Origin: Alloascoidea hylecoeti | Taxonomy: Eukaryota | Direction of reading: 5' to 3' | NCBI GenBank assembly: GCA_001600815.1 | Contig: BCKZ01000020.1 | Coordinates: 1 to 64,000 of the forward strand | Length of the DNA: 64,000 bases | Shown here: positions 57,443 to 64,000 of the stretch, one piece after another | Numbering within the stretch: the stretch's first letter is position 1 | Layout of the letters: every line of letters starts with the position of its first letter | Translations under genes and position numbers: made by a program | The notes under the pieces: model-generated | Databases searched by the model: none | Told to the model about the DNA's origin: nothing | What the model saw: only the letters and a program-made list of their open reading frames with translations

Positions 57443-57758
57443 AATTGTGTTTAGTGATGTTTAGACAGGGTAGAGAACGTAGTATATAATTTGTTTAGTA
57501 GTAATTACTTAAATTAGTCCTTTAATCAAGAATTTATTTCTTTTATAGTAAAACCAAAAAAGTTTATAAGATGTCAACCACACCAACGCCAGTCCTCAAA
57601 CATCACTCTAACTAATGGGAAAATAAATGTTGATACGGTCGCGAATATACGTATTTACGAGTTAACTATTGGACAACACTCGTGCAAAGTTTAGTAATGA
57701 TATTAATATTCATTTAATGCTTGAAACTATAAGTTATATGACTATAGTTGCTATTAAT

Positions 57759-59492
57759 TTATTGTGATATCTTAATTAATTTCTCCTTTGCTTCTTTAGC
57801 AGTTTTTCTCTGTTTATAATCAAAGGAAAGTAATCCTTTCAAGAACTCTAATCTTTCAGAATCAAAATCATCCTGAAAATATGCTTTTATCCGGGAAGAT
57901 TCAATCAAATGCTCCTTTTGTTGTAATGAATCTATAACCGTAGGAGAGCTTAAATTTTCATTACCATTTTTCACCCTTTCTTTATAATTCCAAGCTTCCA
58001 GTAAATAATTCCCTGTCTTTAAATATATGCTGATATTGTTCCATATCTGATTTTCTCGGTACCTAGTCGCAATTGTTTGCAATCGTCTTGGTCTCAATCC
58101 AGTCTCGAGCCCAATTATTGGTAATCCCAATACATCAATCATTTTATCCCATACATCATAATCTGTATCACCCATAAAAATTGGAGAAAGCCTTTTTAAC
58201 TCAGCATATATACAGCCCGCTGACCAAATGTCAACCCTCTCATTGTAAACTTCTTCCATTTCATTTATGAGTAGTCTGGGATTTTTAGAATTGGCAAATA
58301 ATATTATTTCCGGTGCACGATAATATAATGTAACTACATTACTTGTTAATTCAGTATGAGATTCAAACGGTAAATACCGAGAGGAACCAAAATCGGTAAG
58401 TTTTAGGGTGATAGATTGCTTAAAATCGTCGTATTTTACTAGAACATTACTAGGGTTTAAATCGCTGTGTGCATTTATTAATGTTAGAATCATAAGAATA
58501 TACGATATGAAAGATTTTGCGCGATAAATACATACCGATGCATTATCTTTTGACTATGAAGAAACTCTAAAGCTTCAAATATTTGTATCATGATGCCATC
58601 GACTAGCATCAATCATTATTAGTTCATGACCAACAGAAAATTAAGTATATCGTTATAAGTAACGTACCTTCTTGAGTGGAAAATATTCTAAATTGATCAA
58701 TCCAACTAGCCAAACTCTCTTCCATATATTCCATCACAATATGGTAACCCAGTATTTTGTATTTTTTAGGATTAACGCTGTATTCATGATAAAGTGGCTC
58801 TAGTTGATCATCATTTTCATCAAGCTTTAATATATCTGCTATTTCAATTATATATTGATGCTTTCTTTTCATTAAACAAGATAATATTGAAATTTCTCGA
58901 GCAACCAATGTAGATAGACTAAGAGTTTTAAATTTATGGTTATAATCATATGCATGATCTTTTTCAAATTCGTTATCAAGTTGTCGTACAAACGTTATTT
59001 GTTTCAACGCATAATATATTGGTGATGAAATAGGTTCAACTTCACTGCTCCAAGAAAGTTAGCTACCATTCTTAAGTTATATATTACTAGTGACGTAATT
59101 TCATATTCAAAAAGTTAAAGAATATGTGTCCTACGTACTAAATAACAGACGTTGCTGAAATCATTAGTACTCTAAAAGAACCAACAAGGAATCATAAAAT
59201 AACTTACCTCCTTCACCAATATAACGTTGAGCATTATATTTATGATCAGGAATATAATCCATTAATAACAACCGATCTTGATCTGTGTCGTCTTCATCTT
59301 CAAAGATCGGAAAATTTTCTTCCATCGATATCGAGCCGTTATTAATATTGGGATTATCCATCATTAAATCCGATATTCCTTTCTTAAAAAACAAAAGAAG
59401 AAAGGAAAATAAAATATAAAAATTATGAGGCTGGTGTTAACTCCTGAAAAAAATAATAATAAGTTTGCCAAATAATTTTCCTTACGATCCAT
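57759..59492 (-). CDS. Divergent CDK-like (CMGC) Ser/Thr kinase; exons ~59492-59486 (tentative), ~59378-59208, 59154-59139, 59044-58668, 58602-58536, 58464-57759
   Basis: Splicing at GTAAGT/GTACGT/GTACGT/GTATGT donors rebuilds YIGEGATSVIY..YYALKQI..LVAREISIL..IVMEYMEESL..EALEFLHSQKIMHRDLNPSNVL..KLTDFGSSR..TSNVVTLYYRAPE..VDIWSAGCI. Confidence 0.85.
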
Positions 59493-60167
59493 CAATTATA
59501 ACTTATAATCTTGTAGCTTTCTTAAACACCAGTCATAATCTTTGTTTTTTGATTATACTTTTTGACAGAGGAAGGTGTATCACGTGTTACAAAATTACCG
59601 TTTTTAGCCATATACAGTAAAAGATTGCAAGCAAATTTTAGGAGGATACACCAACAACATGCTCATAATGAAATGATTTTAATACTACCAATCGTGATTC
59701 AAACCATAGTTATTCAAAATTTATGATATATATATTATATATATTATATACAGAAGTATAGACTGAATAATTCCAACCACTAGAAACGAATTCAACTATG
59801 CAGACTTTAATATTTAAGTTTGTATAATTGTCTTTATAATATCTTATCTGAGTTTGTGATTATTGTCAAAAATTTAATTGCAAGCTGACTTGTACGTAGA
59901 TCTCTTTAGATCCACTAATTATAACAACTGAGGATGATTTGGACATTAATACATGAAAGAAAATCTACAGCATGATTATTCAATTTCAAAAACTCATTTT
60001 AATGGTACCATTTCATGATTTCTTTTCACAAATTGGCCCTTAAAAAACTATAGCTGAAATCGGTTCAAAGTTTACCCAACCACCATTTTTACTAGATGGA
60101 GTAAATAAAATACAACCTGGTATTAATATCCTCGGTCCAATCAAGTTATGAATTTGGATAAAATATA

Positions 60168-60917
60168 TCACTTTCGCATGAAGCTAGAAAGTGATAAACT
60201 ATCCTTGAATTTATCTTGTTCTTCTTTTGCCTTCTTTTCTTGTATTAAAGATTGTAATGATGACATTTTCTTTCTCTTCTTAGACCGTTGCTTGGCAGTT
60301 TTAGTTTTATTCTTAGTATTATCCTCTTCCGCTACAATAGCTCGATTGTTCGATTTAACATTAGCAGTTATGCCTATAACTGTTGCTGCATTTGCTTCAT
60401 TATCCCTCTTACCTCCAGGTACTTTTGCTTTTGACGGATTTAAGATCTGAAATTTATCGCTATAACCACAATCAAGACAGCTGTAGACTAATGATCGATG
60501 CCGTGCTTTCCACTCGGAGCTAGGAACAATATTTTCTGTCTTACCTGGAATATTACTATTGATATTATCTGAATTAATGGATTTTTGATTCCTCTTTCTT
60601 TGCGTTGTTTTTTCATATATCACTTTAATACTTGTGTTCCACCCAGGGATTCTTAAGCACCCACAATTTCTACATATTCGAACACATCCTTCGTCTTTGT
60701 CCCTTTTTACATCGCTATTGAGTCTGCTTGCTATATCATCATCATTCGTCTGTGCTCCAACGTTATAAAGGTTAGGTAATTTAACATCAAACTTAGATGC
60801 CTCCTTCGAGAACTTTTCTGTATACGAAGAACCTAAGGGTGTCAGCACTGTTGCATGAGCTAACTTAAAGTGGTGTATGATATTTGGAGGTGCGATTGTT
60901 TTCTTTGATATCCTCAT
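60168..60917 (-). CDS. SNM1: RNase MRP/P zinc-binding subunit (Rpr2/Rpp21 family), Snm1-like
   Basis: ATG 60917; CRNCGCLRIPG...YSCLDCG; basic tail AKQRSKKRKKMSSLQSL..SLSLSSFMRK, like the Snm1 C-terminus. Confidence 0.75.
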   Translation of the reverse strand: MRISKKTIAPPNIIHHFKLAHATVLTPLGSSYTEKFSKEASKFDVKLPNLYNVGAQTNDDDIASRLNSDVKRDKDEGCVRICRNCGCLRIPGWNTSIKVIYEKTTQRKRNQKSINSDNINSNIPGKTENIVPSSEWKARHRSLVYSCLDCGYSDKFQILNPSKAKVPGGKRDNEANAATVIGITANVKSNNRAIVAEEDNTKNKTKTAKQRSKKRKKMSSLQSLIQEKKAKEEQDKFKDSLSLSSFMRK

Positions 60918-61111
60918 GAATAAATAGGTTTTATCAAATTTAATATGAAAGCAGAACATGCATGGAGTCAGTCTGATATATACGCGCAAACTTGGAAAAG
61001 TGTAAGTTTCGGAACAATACTGATAATTTTTTTTTTGCCAAATAAAAATCAGCTTGAAATTTAAAATATTTTTCTTTTTTCCTTTTAGAATCAAATTTTT
61101 TAAGACTAGCA

Positions 61112-61997
61112 ATGATTATTTTCAAAGTATGTTATCAAGAATACAAGTGAAAATGAAGAGAAGCGGAATATGTTATAGCAAGAACTGATTGACATATATT
61201 CATACATGTACTGTATGATGGAAACTTGCGATTACTGTTGGTTTGATGATCGATGATTGACACCATGTTATTATAAAACAAAAAATTTAACAAAAACTAC
61301 ATTGTGCCTTTCAAAAATATCAAGATGAAATCAAGATCCTCATTCATATTTCGCTTTTTCCTAATTCGTTAATTTTGCTAATTTATTTGATTAAAGATTA
61401 AGTACTAACTTTCACAATAGGACGTTATTTCTGGAGACGAAGTATGCAACACAAATTTTCATGATCTGCGAGATCATTAATTATTTGTCTGTATTTCAGA
61501 ACAAATACTAACATTTATTAATTTAGCTTCTCTCGGATGCTTATGACATCCAAACCATTGACAATGCTGTCTATGAAGTTAACTGTGACTTAGTTCAAGT
61601 TAAACAAGGTGGTGACATTGACATTGGTGCTAACCCATCTGCTGAAGATGGTGGTGAAGACTTAGAAGATGGTGTTGAAACCGTTAACAATTTGGTCTAC
61701 TCTTTCCGTTTACAACAAACTCAATTTGATAAGAAGTCCTTTTTGACTTATATCAAAGGTTACATGAAGAAAGTTAAGGCTTACTTGAACGAACACGACC
61801 CTGAATCCGTCGAGGCTTTCGAAAAGGGTGCAACAAAATATGTCAAGAAGGTCATTGGCAGTTTCAAGGAGTGGGAATTTTTCACTGGTGAATCTATGGA
61901 CCCTGATGGAATGATTGTCCTTTTGAACTATCGTGAAGATGGTACAACCCCATTCGTTGCCGTCTGGAAACATGGTGTTAAGGAGGAGAAAATCTAA
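61112..61997 (+). CDS. TMA19: Translationally controlled tumour protein homolog; 3 exons (61112-61126, 61421-61441, 61527-61997)
   Basis: MIIFK|DVISGDE|LLSDAYD..DIGANPSAE..FDKKSFLTYIKGYMK..EFFTGESMDPDGM..WKHGVKEEKI. Introns GTATGT..TACTAAC..TAG and GTATGC..TACTAAC..TAG. Confidence 0.96.
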
Positions 61998-62074
61998 TTT
62001 AGTATAATTATCTATGTTTTTAATTATAAACTTTAGCTTCTAATTACTATTTGTAGTGATCATGAAATTAGTGT

Positions 62075-63523
62075 TCAGTTGGGAGTAACTAGCATGCACA
62101 CGTTTTCTTTTGATACATCGCTTTTAACGTATTTCACAAGCTTTGCATCCCAACCATTACTTTTAATAGACTCAACCCTTGTATAATCAATAATTCTTCT
62201 ACACATGTCGCCAACAATTTCTCTTTCGTGAATGGTTAATCCTGATGGATGATCGTTTCCATCATCATCATGTTCCATATGTTGTCTTCTGCCACAAAGT
62301 GCCCAAGAAGTCATTTTTTTAATGGAGTTAAATCCCTCCATATCTATACCATGTTTTAGTAGAAGTTTTTTCCCTATACTTGGGAAACATGAATATGAAC
62401 ATTTTTGTCTACAACAGAGAGCAACAATAAATGCTTTAAAAATATAATTTGAATCTCGATGATTTTCAAGACATTTTATTGTAAGATCAGTAGCAGCTCC
62501 ACATAAATGTTTTGAAATTGCAATAAAAGGTTGATTTTCTATTGGGCTAGTTAATTTGACCGCTTCATCAAAAATAACATCTTTGATATCAGCTCGTATT
62601 CTTTCAACTTTTGGTTCTTTGCATTTATTATCATCATGATCGGTAATCAACATTTTATAATCTTTAATGATTTTTGTATCCATCTTCATCCTGCAAGAAT
62701 CTCTATCGATCAGTAAAAATCGAAGTTTGTTGCAATTTTTAACTGTTGTATGCTTTAAGTAAATAGCCTGTGCAACATATCTTGATAACTCAGCTCTACC
62801 ACAACCGAACTCAATATATAAGTTATTAGAATCCAATAATTGCATTTGTTCCATATGTCCAATTAAAGAACTTTGTTGAACAGCATGTTTTTGAACTTCT
62901 AGTTCTGACATTCTATTATTAAGCCCTTCATGTGTTAAAATTTCCTCAGGAATTTCTTCTATATCCAGTTGTAACCTTTTAAAAGTTTCTTTTACTATCG
63001 GAATCCATTTAGAATAATTAATGTCTATAAATATATCTTCTGTTATAGGTTCTGATAAGTTATAATCATTTTTATACCAAGACTCCTTTGGTTGAATAGG
63101 CCGATTTGGGCATCTTTTCAGATGTTTTTTATATTGATCTACTCTAACTGTATGATTTGGACCATAAGGGCATTGAACTCTTTTTTTCCAACTTTCGTTC
63201 TTGTTTGACATATTGATATCATTTTGCAATTGAGAATTCAAATCAGCAGATAAATGTAAAGCACAAAATCGCTCGTTTTTCCTCCTTGTCATACTACATT
63301 GTCTATTCCCCTTTTGTGGTAACAAATATTCACATCGTAATCTCTCTGTTGAACAATTTGTTGAATTCTTGAAAATTTTACCCTTTTTGTGTCTTTTGTT
63401 AGATTTGAGTTCATTTAAATTTATACCAATGGAACTTTTATCTTCTATAGTTGTATCCGTATTTGGAGATTGTTTTTTTGGTGATTGATCATTTTCTGTA
63501 GAAGATTTACGTTTTTCTATCAT
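62075..63523 (-). CDS. TRM13: tRNA:m4X 2'-O-methyltransferase
   Basis: CCCH finger (CEY..KGNRQCSM..FCALH), CHHC finger (CPYGPNHTV..HLKRC), KHAVQQSSLIG, IEFGCGRAELS, SKHLCGAATDL, ALCC, VSKENV. Confidence 0.92.
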   Translation of the reverse strand: MIEKRKSSTENDQSPKKQSPNTDTTIEDKSSIGINLNELKSNKRHKKGKIFKNSTNCSTERLRCEYLLPQKGNRQCSMTRRKNERFCALHLSADLNSQLQNDINMSNKNESWKKRVQCPYGPNHTVRVDQYKKHLKRCPNRPIQPKESWYKNDYNLSEPITEDIFIDINYSKWIPIVKETFKRLQLDIEEIPEEILTHEGLNNRMSELEVQKHAVQQSSLIGHMEQMQLLDSNNLYIEFGCGRAELSRYVAQAIYLKHTTVKNCNKLRFLLIDRDSCRMKMDTKIIKDYKMLITDHDDNKCKEPKVERIRADIKDVIFDEAVKLTSPIENQPFIAISKHLCGAATDLTIKCLENHRDSNYIFKAFIVALCCRQKCSYSCFPSIGKKLLLKHGIDMEGFNSIKKMTSWALCGRRQHMEHDDDGNDHPSGLTIHEREIVGDMCRRIIDYTRVESIKSNGWDAKLVKYVKSDVSKENVCMLVTPN

Positions 63524-64000
63524 TTTCGAAAAGGAATTTATGTTGATTTTTTCTTAATATATTTCTTCATAATTAAGTTTTTATTATATATTAAAGAAAA
63601 GTTGAATGGATGTTACGTTACGTCTTAATGGATGGTAGAAATTGAAATTTAGAAAATTATTTATAATTAAATTCTTTTTTGACCATATATTTTATAAAAT
63701 ATTCAAAAATGAATTTAAAAATAAATCATGTTCCAAATTCAAATGATGATAATAAAAACATTCTTCAGAAACTGACCCCCACATCTAAGTTGAAAAAAGA
63801 TGAAAAACCATGTTAAAAAGAAGATGATTAAAATAAATGCAGGTGTATAATCCAATAAAATAAGTAGCAGCATTTCATTTAGTTTTCTACCTATAGTTTT
63901 TATCTCTAGTAGGATGCCTATGTATATGATAAGTTATATAGACTTTAATTTTGACATTATATTGACCCTCCACTTAGACCATAATTACTTACCAAATCAG

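Noticed and set aside
60918..61125. N-terminal extension of the 314-aa ORF and the 61-aa ORF
   Set aside because: They cross the SNM1/TMA19 divergent promoter and TMA19 exon 1; the real start is more likely ATG 60917.

Overview
Eukaryotic, AT-rich budding-yeast (Saccharomycotina) nuclear DNA. It uses the standard genetic code (CTG falls at conserved Leu positions in FHL1 and BNI1) and is intron-rich for a yeast (about 14 introns in 6 genes, many with degenerate branch sites). About 19 protein genes are present: a partial secreted Thr/Pro-repeat protein, FHL1, PRE2, ULP1, YME2, a GH47 mannosidase, NADP-GDH, a small mitochondrial membrane protein, DEP1-like, FYV8-like, a divergent STU2/XMAP215-like TOG protein, AIM9, a KduD-like SDR, SEC2, BNI1, a CAN1/ALP1/LYP1-type permease, a divergent CDK-like kinase, SNM1, TMA19 and TRM13. 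There is also one tRNA-Leu(AAG). The long intergenic regions hold many transposon relics: decayed Ty3/gypsy, copia, Tc1 and possibly Crypton fragments, TA-flanked MITEs and a foldback-type element. The most striking structure is two separate palindromes (inverted duplications) of decayed Ty3/gypsy pol sequence on either side of the tRNA gene (30705-31264 and 32857-33196). These are candidate hairpin-RNA/siRNA loci against retrotransposons. All family assignments are by eye and from remembered motifs; no searches were run.
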